Below, in pieces: positions 27,506 through 37,238 of a stretch of DNA of 42,403 nucleotides. The notes under the pieces were generated by a model. It was given only the letters and a program-made list of their open reading frames with translations, was not told where the DNA came from and did not search any database. The DNA lies in contig JAHFJU010000005.1 of the NCBI GenBank assembly GCA_023245725.1, positions 1 to 42,403 of the forward strand. Reading direction: 5' to 3'. The translations under genes and the position numbers were made by a program. Positions within the stretch are counted from its first letter, which is position 1, and each line of letters starts with the position of its first letter. This stretch comes from Candidatus Peregrinibacteria bacterium (GTDB lineage Bacteria; Patescibacteriota; Gracilibacteria; UBA1369; UM-FILTER-53-11).

Positions 27506-28792
27506 CTAAAAAGGAGATGTTTCGTGCAAATCCCTAACAATTTTTTCAAGTTCCTTTATTACAATTTCAATTTCTTTTTCTGTTGTTGAGTGACCGAGAG
27601 TGAAGCGAGTTGCAGAGCGGCTCCACACATCATCGGCAACCTCGCCGCCTAAAGCGGCTATCACATGTGATTTTTCCATAGACCCTGACGAACAGGCAGA
27701 ACCGCTTGAGGCTGCGATTTTAGCCATGTCGAGTCTAACCAAAATCGTCTCACCATGAAGACCCATAAATGAAACATTCACATTATTTGGCAATCTTTTT
27801 TCACGTGAACCGTTGAGTCGCGTATTTGGAATTTTCAAAATTCCGTCAATCAATTTGTCACGCAAAATAAGTAGGCGAGAGCTTTCTTCTTCACGATTTT
27901 CTTGTGCAAATTCCAGTGCCGCCGCAAATCCGACAATACCTGCGACATTTTCAGTTCCCGATCTCATGCGATATTCTTGGCCGCCACCGAGTAACTGAGG
28001 AATGAGTTTTACCGCTCCGTGAGCGCCACCGCGAACATACAAACAACCAACTCCTTTTGGCCCATAGATTTTTCCACTATTGAGAGTCATAGAATCGACA
28101 CCGAGTTCATCTACATTTAAAGAAAGATACGGAGCACCCTGACATGCATCGGTATGCAACAGCGCAGAAAAACAAAAAGGAGTTCGTGCCGACGAAAATT
28201 CGGCATTTTTTTTCTTCAAAATAGACGCACACTCGCGTACTGGTTGAACAGTACCAATCTCATTGTTCGCATACATAATCGAGACAAAAACAGTCTCATT
28301 GGTAATCGCTTTTTCAAAATCTTCTAAACTAATTACGCCGTCTTCACCAACATCGAGATACGTTACTCTGAAGCCTTTTTTCGCTAGCTCTTCAATTGGC
28401 ATAAGCACCGATTCATGCTCGATTTTTGTTGTAATAATATGAGGCACAAAGGTTGATTCTACATCAACAACGCGCTCTGAAAATTCAGCACCTTCATCAT
28501 ATTTCCCCCTCCGAATCTCCTCTAAATTTTGAAGTATAAATTCTCCAACTCCTTTAATAAAAAGTGAATTCGACTCAGTACCGCCACTTGTAAAAATAAC
28601 CTCGGATTGTTTAGCGCCGACAATTGAAGCAACTTTTTCACGACTTTCATCGACGGCATGACGAGCACGTTGACCAGCCTTATGCAACGACGACGGATTT
28701 GCAAACTCCGTACTCAAATAAGGCATCATCGCCTCGAGAACACGTGGGTCGAGCGGCGTTGCGGCGGAATGATCTAGATAAATTTCAGACAT
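27506..28792 (-). CDS. iscS: Cysteine desulfurase (IscS/NifS type) with insertions
   Basis: YLDHSAATP, FTSGGTES, ANNEIG, HTDACQ, KIYGPKG, RSGTEN, SSGSACSSG. Confidence 0.93.
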   Translation of the reverse strand: MSEIYLDHSAATPLDPRVLEAMMPYLSTEFANPSSLHKAGQRARHAVDESREKVASIVGAKQSEVIFTSGGTESNSLFIKGVGEFILQNLEEIRRGKYDEGAEFSERVVDVESTFVPHIITTKIEHESVLMPIEELAKKGFRVTYLDVGEDGVISLEDFEKAITNETVFVSIMYANNEIGTVQPVRECASILKKKNAEFSSARTPFCFSALLHTDACQGAPYLSLNVDELGVDSMTLNSGKIYGPKGVGCLYVRGGAHGAVKLIPQLLGGGQEYRMRSGTENVAGIVGFAAALEFAQENREEESSRLLILRDKLIDGILKIPNTRLNGSREKRLPNNVNVSFMGLHGETILVRLDMAKIAASSGSACSSGSMEKSHVIAALGGEVADDVWSRSATRFTLGHSTTEKEIEIVIKELEKIVRDLHETSPF

Positions 28793-28814
28793 AAGGAGTA
28801 TATTCTTTTCACGA

Positions 28815-29777
28815 ATGGGTGATCGGGGTAAAAAAATTGCGGTTCATATTCTCTCCATCGGGCTTGTGGCTGCGGTTTTTTTCGTTCTAGGCAGAGAGAT
28901 TTCGTCGCAGTGGCACCTGATTAAAAATTATGAGTTTCATCTGAAGTGGCATCTCGTTCTATTAGCTACAGGAGTGTACAGTATATCATTCTTTTTCCTC
29001 GCAACAGGCTGGTGGCTGCTGTTAAGAAACGTAAATACTCCAATAAAATACTGGGACGCAATTATTTTCTTTTTCATAAGTCTGCCATGCAAATATATTC
29101 CGGGAAAAATATGGACAGCCGTCGCACGAACAAAACTCTGCAAAAAATATTCTGTCAGCACCAGCGTATGTTTTTTAACAACTGGCATTGAGGGAATAAT
29201 GGAAATTTTGGCAGGAATTTATATTTCACTTTTCGCGGTAATTACATCAGTAGACTTTGGACAAGCTGCAAAAATCGGCGCAGGAGCATTTGTTGTTCTT
29301 GGCCTACTTCTGCTTATTCCTCGCATTTTCTACGTATTCATAAATATTTTTTTACGGCTTACTCATCAACCAATAATTTCACACGAAGGTCGCGTTGGGT
29401 TTAAAAAACTTCTCGTTGTTCAAGTCACGTTCGGCCTTGCAATGCTATTAATGGGTGTTTCTCAAGTAATATTTCTCAAGGCATTTACACGTGTTCCAAT
29501 GGAATACACATTGTACCTTGTAAGCCTCGGCACGTTTTCGTATGTCGCTAGCGTTCTCGCTTTTTTCACGCCAAGCGGACTAGGTGTCCGCGAAGGAGTC
29601 TGGTTCATTGCATTAAAAGGAATTGTGGTTGAATACATCGGCTTAATATTCGCCCTCGTCAGCAGATTATGGACAATAATAGTAGAAGCATTAATGTGCT
29701 CTATCGCCTTAGGATTCTTTTTGTTTTTGCGTGAGAATGGCGAAAAATCCAGCGAGGAGGGGAATGTGACCAAATAG
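28815..29777 (+). CDS. Lysylphosphatidylglycerol synthase TM / flippase-like membrane protein
   Basis: About 8 TM segments; KYIPGKIW, TPSGLGVREG, SRLW. Confidence 0.8.
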   Translation: MGDRGKKIAVHILSIGLVAAVFFVLGREISSQWHLIKNYEFHLKWHLVLLATGVYSISFFFLATGWWLLLRNVNTPIKYWDAIIFFFISLPCKYIPGKIWTAVARTKLCKKYSVSTSVCFLTTGIEGIMEILAGIYISLFAVITSVDFGQAAKIGAGAFVVLGLLLLIPRIFYVFINIFLRLTHQPIISHEGRVGFKKLLVVQVTFGLAMLLMGVSQVIFLKAFTRVPMEYTLYLVSLGTFSYVASVLAFFTPSGLGVREGVWFIALKGIVVEYIGLIFALVSRLWTIIVEALMCSIALGFFLFLRENGEKSSEEGNVTK

Positions 29778-30692
29778 CTCACCTAAGCCAAAAACAAATA
29801 TCGTTGCCGTGAATAGTCCTATTAATTTAAGCGAAACAATTCGGGGCAAAATGTTGAATATATATAGAATTCCAAACAACACGTAAGACAGACCAGCAGC
29901 ATAGACAAACATTTCATTCGTGAATCCAAACTGTGCCAAAAAATTAATGACGGGGTGTACTGCTAAAATAGCTAACGACATTTGTGGCGTTGTCAGCTTG
30001 AACAAAATCCCCATAGAAATAAAAGAAAGTCCGAAAAGAATACGCATTATTTTCATGGCTAGAACTTCATGGGCAGCTAACCAAGAATTAATTTTTCTAA
30101 GTTTTTCACAGAATAAAAATCCAACATTTGAAGGATTTCCAATTGCAAAAAGGTATACAAAAATTCCAGCGAGAGAAAGATAACTTAGTAAGTTTTTAAG
30201 TGGAAAAAATGCAAAAGCAGCACCATATAACAGGATTGAAATTGCGGCAGCAGGTCGCATAAAAATCCCTAGTACAAAGGCAAAACCGACAACATATTGA
30301 AGCACCCAAAGGGAGATTGAAAATGCAAGCGGAACAGCTTTCAAATGCAAATCCGGCGCAAATAATAGCCCCTGAGAACTTGCCATTATCATCAAAATTC
30401 CGATTGCTCCACGAACTAGTTGAGGAGCGAAAGCACTAACAGACGTAACTTTTTCTTCAATTTTTTTTGAGATTTTAAATTTATTTATGAATGGTCCGAT
30501 AAAAAGTGAAACGATCAATAAAACTACAAAACCGATCGTGATAGCAATCCGTGCCGCACTCCAATCAACAAAAAAATACGGTAGAGGCGACTGCATTTCT
30601 GGCGTACCGGCAAACCACTGTTCATGAGCAAACACAGCAGTTGGAATAAGAAGAGAAATAACAAATATAAGTTTTGAGAGGAGTTTTTTCAT
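29709..30692 (-). CDS. DoxX-like polytopic membrane protein
   Basis: AHEQWF after a signal-like segment, two DoxX-like halves, C-terminal ELFGHIP. Confidence 0.65.
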   Translation of the reverse strand: MKKLLSKLIFVISLLIPTAVFAHEQWFAGTPEMQSPLPYFFVDWSAARIAITIGFVVLLIVSLFIGPFINKFKISKKIEEKVTSVSAFAPQLVRGAIGILMIMASSQGLLFAPDLHLKAVPLAFSISLWVLQYVVGFAFVLGIFMRPAAAISILLYGAAFAFFPLKNLLSYLSLAGIFVYLFAIGNPSNVGFLFCEKLRKINSWLAAHEVLAMKIMRILFGLSFISMGILFKLTTPQMSLAILAVHPVINFLAQFGFTNEMFVYAAGLSYVLFGILYIFNILPRIVSLKLIGLFTATIFVFGLGELFGHIPLLAGFFAILTQKQKES

Positions 30693-30698
30693 GCAACG

Positions 30699-30713
30699 AT
30701 TATACTGTATAAT
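30699..30713. promoter_or_regulatory. Palindromic bidirectional -10 element
   Basis: ATTATACTGTATAAT gives TATAAT on both strands, 6 and 8 nt from the two divergent ATGs. Confidence 0.75.
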
Positions 30714-30721
30714 GCTGCTCT

Positions 30722-31684
30722 ATGTCATGCAAAGGCTGTATTTACTCACGCGGCGCTAATGCAAACGCCGACACAATGGTTCACCTTGTACAAGGAGGAA
30801 TAAAAAAACCTGCATGGCTTAAAATGAAAGTCGGCTTGCCTAACGAAAAATTCGACAGAATTAATGCAATGGCAAAAGAGCTAAATTTGGCTACAGTATG
30901 CCAATCTGCACACTGCCCAAACGTGGCCGAATGTTGGAGTGGAGGAACAGCAACATTCATGTTAATGGGCGATACCTGCACTCGCGCGTGTAAATTTTGC
31001 AATGTAAAACACGGCAAACCGCAGCCGCTCGACCCAAATGAACCCAAAAATCTGGCCGAGGCAATCGGCAAAATGGGAGTTGATTACGCAGTGATTACTT
31101 GCGTTGACCGCGACGACGTCGAAGACGGCGGAGCGGGTCATTTCGCGGCATGTATTAGCCATCTTCGGGTTGCATATCCTAACGTAAAAGTTGAGGTTTT
31201 GGTCTCTGATTTTCAGGGCAAAAAAAAAGACATTCAAAAAGTTATCGACTCATCACCACATGTTTTTGCTCACAATATAGAAACTGTCGCGCGCCTACAA
31301 AAATCGGTTCGTGACCATCGCGCAAATTACGATCAATCTATAAGCGTTTTGAAATATGTGAAAGATTCACAACCCAAGATGCTCACAAAATCCTCGATAA
31401 TTGTTGGCTTAGGCGAAACCCCCGAAGAGGTGCTTGAAACAATGCGCGACTTGCGCGCGGTTGGTGTTGATTTTCTCACCCTCGGCCAGTATTTGCGACC
31501 GTCAAAATGGAACCTGCCCGTGAAAGAATATGTACCGCTTGAGCAGTATGCCATATACGAAAAAGAAGGCAAAAAAATGGGATTCAAATACGTAGCTGCC
31601 GGCCCATTTGTGAGGTCATCGTATAAGGCAGGGGAGCTGTATATGAAACAGAATTTGAGTACTCCTAATTGCACGAACTCTTAG
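30722..31684 (+). CDS. lipA: Lipoyl synthase
   Basis: CQSAHCPNVAEC (CX4CX5C), CTRACKFC, HNIETV, GQYLRP, RSSY. Confidence 0.97.
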   Translation: MSCKGCIYSRGANANADTMVHLVQGGIKKPAWLKMKVGLPNEKFDRINAMAKELNLATVCQSAHCPNVAECWSGGTATFMLMGDTCTRACKFCNVKHGKPQPLDPNEPKNLAEAIGKMGVDYAVITCVDRDDVEDGGAGHFAACISHLRVAYPNVKVEVLVSDFQGKKKDIQKVIDSSPHVFAHNIETVARLQKSVRDHRANYDQSISVLKYVKDSQPKMLTKSSIIVGLGETPEEVLETMRDLRAVGVDFLTLGQYLRPSKWNLPVKEYVPLEQYAIYEKEGKKMGFKYVAAGPFVRSSYKAGELYMKQNLSTPNCTNS

Positions 31685-32527
31685 CCCCTCGCTTTCCAAA
31701 AAATCCGCCGTAAGAATAATATCGCGAGCACACTTTTGAAGTGCAACACAGACCTTTTCAGGCTCAACCGTACGCCTTTTTAAATCTAAACTTCCATCGA
31801 TATTAACTCTATCAATCAGCAAACTGCGCCAGTCGTATAAACCAAGTTTATGAGTAGAAACTCCAGTCAAACTACGATCAAGAAGCTCAATAACATTCGG
31901 CACTTCTGAATCTGGCGTAATTGAACATCGAGCAAATGGAAGATTTTCGGCATTCGGGAAATTAGGATCGCGGCGACAAGAAAAATTAACTTCGCCTCTT
32001 ATTTCTTCTGTAACAAAACTCATAAAATCACCCGCCTCGTCTGGGTGATATAAGCAATTAAGGCTGCTTCCATCTGGATGTATCAGCTGCATTTGTGGAA
32101 CACAAAATGAATCGTACACTCCATGTCGATCTACCGATTGATGTTCAACCAAACCACGTTCATGAAAATCCAAATCAGTACTTTTTAAAAACGAAACACG
32201 TTCATAAATTGATTGAGCACCAACCAAAGTACATGGAACTCTACTTCTAAAAAGCAACTCCGCATCGAGGCCATACGTAAGCGACCATTTTACATTTTCG
32301 TGTTCATTAGCAAGGCCAAGGCGCCCAACAAAATTACCGGCATTCAAAACACGTTGGCGCATCACCTCTGCTAAAGATAAAATCTTATTATCTCTATTAA
32401 TTGCCGCAAGCATCGACAAAAAAACACCGCGTAATTCATTAAGCGCCGAGTACAACTCTCCTACTGCAAGTTCAAATGAGTTATCAGCCGAAGCGTCCTG
32501 AATTCGCGATCCAATTTCTAACTCCAT
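31616..32527 (-). CDS. Hypothetical protein
   Basis: 303-aa ORF; TATAGT lies 7 nt before the ATG; the 3' end overlaps lipA. Confidence 0.6.
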   Translation of the reverse strand: MELEIGSRIQDASADNSFELAVGELYSALNELRGVFLSMLAAINRDNKILSLAEVMRQRVLNAGNFVGRLGLANEHENVKWSLTYGLDAELLFRSRVPCTLVGAQSIYERVSFLKSTDLDFHERGLVEHQSVDRHGVYDSFCVPQMQLIHPDGSSLNCLYHPDEAGDFMSFVTEEIRGEVNFSCRRDPNFPNAENLPFARCSITPDSEVPNVIELLDRSLTGVSTHKLGLYDWRSLLIDRVNIDGSLDLKRRTVEPEKVCVALQKCARDIILTADFLESEGLRVRAIRSTQILFHIQLPCLIR

Positions 32528-32659
32528 CTAGTTTACTATACCCCCGAATCGAATTCCGTCAATTGTTTCTGCCCGATATAAAGACGCTACTGCCCAATCC
32601 TTTCGAACCTGATAGCAAAGGCTTTGCCATACTCTCAGTTGCCTCTATAATGCTCCCAC

Positions 32660-33736
32660 ATGTCACTCATAGAATCCTTCAACCCGCTCACCGACCCGAT
32701 GATTCAGGTTATGAATGAGTCTGGCGAAATTGTGCGCCCCGACCTGATGCCGAATTGGAGTACAGAGAAAATTAAAGAGGCATACGCGACGATGATTTTG
32801 GTGCGCGTGGCAGACGCGAAGTTTACGAACATGCAACGACAAGGAAGATGCGGCACTTACCCATCTGTCGAAGGCCATGAGGCAATTCAAATTGGTAGCG
32901 GATTTGAGCTGCAAAAAACAGACTGGGTTTTCCCGGCGTTTCGCGAGTTGCCAATTTGCTATGTGCATGGAATGCCACTCGAAAAAATCCTTTTATACTG
33001 GCTTGGAAACGAATGGGGGAGCCATACAGACGCATGCGTCGCGCCTGTGTCGATTCCTGTTGGCAGTCACATGCTACATGCGGTTGGCTATGCATGGGCG
33101 ATGCGACTTCAAAAAAAACCCGTCATTACCGTTTCATATTTTGGTGATGGCGCAACCTCAGAAGGTGATTTTTATGAAGCTATGAATTTTGCAGGAGTTA
33201 ATAAAGCCGGTTCTATTTTCATGTGTCAAAATAACAATTACGCAATTTCTACTCCGCGCTCAAAACAAACAGTTGCAAAAACGTTGGCACAAAAGGCAAT
33301 TTCAGCTGGAATTCCGGGGGTCGTGGTTGATGGTCTCGATATTTTTGCCATGGCGACCGTAACTAAATTAGCTGCCGATCGCGCGCGCAACAATAACGAA
33401 CCAACGCTTATTGAAGCCATTAACTATCGCTACGGAAACCACACAACTTCAGACGACTCAGGGCGATATCGAACCAAAGAAGAGGTAGAGGAGTGGAGAA
33501 AAAAAGATCCTGTTATGCGACTCAAATTGTATCTACAGAAAAACAATTTATGGAGCGAAGCGTGGGAACAAAAAATTCGAGAAGATGCCGATGTAAAAGT
33601 ACGAGCAGCGGTTGAGATTGGCGAAAACTTTCCCGTGCAGACCGTCGATGAAATTTTTGATTATATGTACGAAAAACCAACGCCTGCATTAATTGAACAG
33701 AAAGAATATTTAAAGGGATTTTTAGGGAACCAGTAA
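32660..33736 (+). CDS. pdhA: Pyruvate (2-oxoacid) dehydrogenase E1 alpha
   Basis: QRQGR, GHEA, TPP motif GDGATSEGDF...NN, YRYGNHTTSDD. Confidence 0.93.
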   Translation: MSLIESFNPLTDPMIQVMNESGEIVRPDLMPNWSTEKIKEAYATMILVRVADAKFTNMQRQGRCGTYPSVEGHEAIQIGSGFELQKTDWVFPAFRELPICYVHGMPLEKILLYWLGNEWGSHTDACVAPVSIPVGSHMLHAVGYAWAMRLQKKPVITVSYFGDGATSEGDFYEAMNFAGVNKAGSIFMCQNNNYAISTPRSKQTVAKTLAQKAISAGIPGVVVDGLDIFAMATVTKLAADRARNNNEPTLIEAINYRYGNHTTSDDSGRYRTKEEVEEWRKKDPVMRLKLYLQKNNLWSEAWEQKIREDADVKVRAAVEIGENFPVQTVDEIFDYMYEKPTPALIEQKEYLKGFLGNQ

Positions 33737-33742
33737 AAACTG

Positions 33743-33786
33743 ATATGTATACTGCATATACTTACTATACATATAGTTATACATAT
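33743..33786. repeat. Cluster of TATAC repeats with inverted and direct 9-mers
   Basis: ATATGTATA (33743-33751) is inverted to TATACATAT at 33766-33774 and 33778-33786. Confidence 0.7.
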
Positions 33787-33881
33787 TGAAATTGCCCTTA
33801 TTTTAAGCCGATTTACGACTATCCGCCTTGACTTCTGTATTTTTTGTGCTATAAGTATTCTTCAGCTTTGTAATAATTACT

Positions 33882-34790
33882 ATGAAAAAACTACTCATCT
33901 CTTTTGTCGCGTTCACCCTATTATCTTTAGTCGGCCCTCAAACAACACTTGCAGCCGGACTACCCGATTTGGTCGTAAATCAGTTCAACATAAATAGAAT
34001 GGAGTGGCGCCAAATGCCGGACTGCGACCACAACGCCTGCCAAAATAATGTATGGAAACTCCTAATCGAATTTCAATTATCAGTTCAAAATATAGGTAAC
34101 GCACCTGCGTGGATTGCAAATGCCAACTTTGAATCGAGCGGAATTTTAGACAAACTCATTTATAAAAAAACAGGCGCGATCGTTAGTAGCCGAGTTAACT
34201 GGGAGTCTGTACCGAATCCTCTAAATATCGGAGCGGCTGACTTACTTGCAGGTAAAATATACGTCGACGAAAGCGTTAACGTTGTAAAATTGCTCGATAC
34301 ATACTCAATGTGCTTCGAAATAACAGATCGCCCAACAGACCCTCAGCAAAATTGGGTTTTGGAAGAATCAAACACGATAAACAACAAATCATGTTTTGAT
34401 TTCGTTATGAATGTAGGCAAACACAACCTTCCGAATCCTGCCGTTACAAGAATGAACACCCTTCAATTAGTGCAGCGAAATGCCGACGGAAGTGCCGATT
34501 TACGGGTTTCAGCTACAATTACAAACAAGACCCCATGGGTTTATGTAGATCATTTTATATACATTTTTCAGATAGAAAATAACGGTGCTCAACAGTCATT
34601 TTGTAGAGGAGCTATTATGCCGGGACTTCACGCGCTAGAGGCTACAGTTGTTAGCTGTAATATTCATTTGGAGGCGAATACAGCTGCTCCCGGTGTATAT
34701 AATGTCGGCGCTCTCATCGACATAAATAACGATATTATCGAAACTAGCGAGATTGATAATCAGCTGTTTGTTCCGGTGCAGATTTTATAA
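33882..34790 (+). CDS. Secreted protein with two CARDB-like domains
   Basis: Signal peptide; LPDLVV, VQNIGN, EESNTINN; second copy ends IDINNDIIETSEIDN. Confidence 0.8.
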   Translation: MKKLLISFVAFTLLSLVGPQTTLAAGLPDLVVNQFNINRMEWRQMPDCDHNACQNNVWKLLIEFQLSVQNIGNAPAWIANANFESSGILDKLIYKKTGAIVSSRVNWESVPNPLNIGAADLLAGKIYVDESVNVVKLLDTYSMCFEITDRPTDPQQNWVLEESNTINNKSCFDFVMNVGKHNLPNPAVTRMNTLQLVQRNADGSADLRVSATITNKTPWVYVDHFIYIFQIENNGAQQSFCRGAIMPGLHALEATVVSCNIHLEANTAAPGVYNVGALIDINNDIIETSEIDNQLFVPVQIL

Positions 34791-34816
34791 GGAGCAATCT
34801 GCTATAATCTGCCTAC

Positions 34817-35791
34817 ATGATTCTCACCATCGCCGACGCGATATCACTGGCACTCAAACAAGAAATGGCTCATGACTCAACCGTTATGTTAATGGGCGAA
34901 GACGTTGGCGTGGGCGGAGGCGTGTTTAGAATTAGCGATGGCCTACAAAAATTATATGGAGCAGAGCGGGTTATTGATACGCCACTCGCCGAGTCAGGCA
35001 TTGTGGGAACGGCAATTGGGCTAGCTATGGCTGGTATGAAACCGATCTGCGAAATGCAGTTTGATGGATTTGTGTATCCCGCTTTCGACCAGATAGTCAG
35101 CCACGTTGCACGTATGCGCAACCGAACGCGCGGCAAACTTACTTGCCCGTTGGTAATTCGTTTTCCGTATTCCGGTGGAGTGCGTGCGCTTGAGCATCAC
35201 TCCGAAAGTCCCGAGGTTTACTACATTCATACTCCGGGGTTAAAAGTTGTTTGTCCTTCAACTCCTTATGATGCAAAAGGGCTTCTTGTAGCGGCAATTC
35301 GCGACCCTGATCCGGTTATTTTTATGGAACCTAAAAAATTATATCGTGCAATTAAAGAGGAGGTTCCCGAAGAGGAGTACACAGTTGAAATTGGCAAAGC
35401 ACGAGTAATGATCGAGGGGAGTGACGTGACGGTTATTGGCTGGGGGGCAATGATTCCGACTGTTTTAAAAGCTCAAAATATTTTGGCAAAAGAGGGAATT
35501 TCGCTCGAGGTTATTGATCTGCGCACACTTTCGCCGCTCGACACTGAAACTATTTTAGAGTCAGTAACAAAAACCGGCCGTTGCGTAATAATTCAAGAAG
35601 CACCTAGAACATGCGGTTTCGCCGCCGAAATTTCGGCGTTAATTATGGAAAAAGCTTTGTTTAGTTTACAGGCGCCCGTTGAGCGAGTAACAGGCTTCGA
35701 CACCGTGATGCCACTTTTAAAAGGTGAAGATTTATATTTGCCAAACGAAGTACGATTGATTGATGGAATTAGAAAGGTGATGGGGAGGTAG
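34817..35791 (+). CDS. pdhB: Pyruvate (2-oxoacid) dehydrogenase E1 beta
   Basis: [44 protein letters not shown]. Confidence 0.94.
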   Translation: MILTIADAISLALKQEMAHDSTVMLMGEDVGVGGGVFRISDGLQKLYGAERVIDTPLAESGIVGTAIGLAMAGMKPICEMQFDGFVYPAFDQIVSHVARMRNRTRGKLTCPLVIRFPYSGGVRALEHHSESPEVYYIHTPGLKVVCPSTPYDAKGLLVAAIRDPDPVIFMEPKKLYRAIKEEVPEEEYTVEIGKARVMIEGSDVTVIGWGAMIPTVLKAQNILAKEGISLEVIDLRTLSPLDTETILESVTKTGRCVIIQEAPRTCGFAAEISALIMEKALFSLQAPVERVTGFDTVMPLLKGEDLYLPNEVRLIDGIRKVMGR

Positions 35792-35861
35792 TGGTTAAAT
35801 AATGATCTATTACATCATATCTCTTCATCAAACGTGATGAATCGCTTTCTACTAAGAAATA

Positions 35862-35907
35862 TGCTATAATTGTACTGGAACTTAGTTTAAACCTAAGGTT
35901 CAGTACA
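35862..35907 (+). promoter_or_regulatory. Extended -10 promoter followed by an inverted-repeat operator of the abiE operon
   Basis: TGCTATAAT (35862-35870), then 15-bp arms TGTACTGGAACTTAG / CTAAGGTTCAGTACA (13/15 match, 7-nt spacer). Confidence 0.8.
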
Positions 35908-35911
35908 TATT

Positions 35912-36508
35912 ATGAATGATACTCCAACTAAGGGAGAATACCTGGCACGAATCCTTCGAGCTCCTCAAACTGTCTTTACCGTCAAAGATGTCGCTTTGTT
36001 ATGGAAAACTGAAATAAAAAATCGAGAGCAAGTACGATTGAGCGAATACGTAAAAAACAAGAAATTGATACGGATACATAGGGGAATTTACGCCAAAGAC
36101 GAAAATTATAATCGCCTTGAGTTAGCTACACGAATCTATACTCCTTCGTACATAAGTTTTGAAACCGTTCTTACTCAAGAAGGAATAAACTTTCAATTTT
36201 ACAACAATATGTTTGTGGCTTCGTATGTAACGCGGAATATTGAGGTGAAAGGCCAAAAAATTTCATTTCTAAGAATGAAAGACTACGTTCTCAGCGATAT
36301 AACAGGCATCGAAAATAATAATGGCGTCGCTATGGCAACAAAAGAACGCGCGTTTCTTGATAGAATATATATCAGTAGAGAATATCACTTCGATAATCTA
36401 AATGGGCTTGATTGGGGAAAAGTTTTTGAAATTTTGCCCATCTATCACAACAAGAAAATGAATAAAAAAGTGCAAGAATATTTTGAACACTATAAACATA
36501 ACCAGTAA
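35912..36508 (+). CDS. AbiEi-family antitoxin / transcriptional regulator (type IV TA)
   Basis: wHTH ending RIHRGIY; PSYISFETVL; ATKERAFLD. Confidence 0.87.
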   Translation: MNDTPTKGEYLARILRAPQTVFTVKDVALLWKTEIKNREQVRLSEYVKNKKLIRIHRGIYAKDENYNRLELATRIYTPSYISFETVLTQEGINFQFYNNMFVASYVTRNIEVKGQKISFLRMKDYVLSDITGIENNNGVAMATKERAFLDRIYISREYHFDNLNGLDWGKVFEILPIYHNKKMNKKVQEYFEHYKHNQ

Positions 36509-36512
36509 TACC

Positions 36513-37208
36513 ATGACCATAGATTTCGCTAAACATAAAGCAATTTTGCTCCAGATACTTCAAGATATTTACTCCAATACCTCACTCTCTCCATATTTAG
36601 GATTCAAAGGTGGGACAGCTGCACTTTTGTTTTATGGTCTCAACCGGAACTCTGTCGACCTGGACTTCGACCTATTGGACGAGACCAAGGAAGACGAAGT
36701 CTTTGAAAAAATACAAAAAATAACTGCCAGCTACGGAAAAATTACAGACTCACATATAAAAAAATTTAATTTACTTAATGTTATTTCATACTCACCTGGC
36801 ACCCCCAAAATAAAGGTCGAAGTTAATCGCAGGAATTTTGGTTCAAAGTACGAGATCAAAAGCCTGCTTGGTATCTCCATGCTCGTTATGGTTAAAGAAG
36901 ATATGTTTGCCAATAAACTTATGGCTATGTATGAACGCGTGGGAAAAACAAGCCGTGATATTTTTGACGTACATTATTTCTTTAAACAAGGCTGGGATAT
37001 TAATGCGAATCTAGTTGAGGCGAGATCGAAATTACCGTTCAAGGACACTTTAACTAAGTGCTTAGAATTACTAGAGAAAATGCCCGACAAACACATATTG
37101 GACGGACTGGGAGAACTGCTTTCTGACGAGCAAAAAGACAGCATGAGAGCCACTCTGAAGCAAAAAACGATACTACTTCTAAAACTAAAGATAGAAAGCC
37201 TCAGCTAA
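36513..37208 (+). CDS. AbiEii-family nucleotidyltransferase toxin
   Basis: FKGGTA..FYGLNRNSVDLDF, NKLMA, RDIFD; ATG at 36513. Confidence 0.92.
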   Translation: MTIDFAKHKAILLQILQDIYSNTSLSPYLGFKGGTAALLFYGLNRNSVDLDFDLLDETKEDEVFEKIQKITASYGKITDSHIKKFNLLNVISYSPGTPKIKVEVNRRNFGSKYEIKSLLGISMLVMVKEDMFANKLMAMYERVGKTSRDIFDVHYFFKQGWDINANLVEARSKLPFKDTLTKCLELLEKMPDKHILDGLGELLSDEQKDSMRATLKQKTILLLKLKIESLS

Positions 37209-37238
37209 ATTCAATAATTGCTTTGCTATAATCACCAC

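Noticed and set aside
32660..35791. PDH E1 substituting for the dxs missing from the MEP operon
   Set aside because: Nothing in the sequence supports it; dxs may simply lie outside the window.
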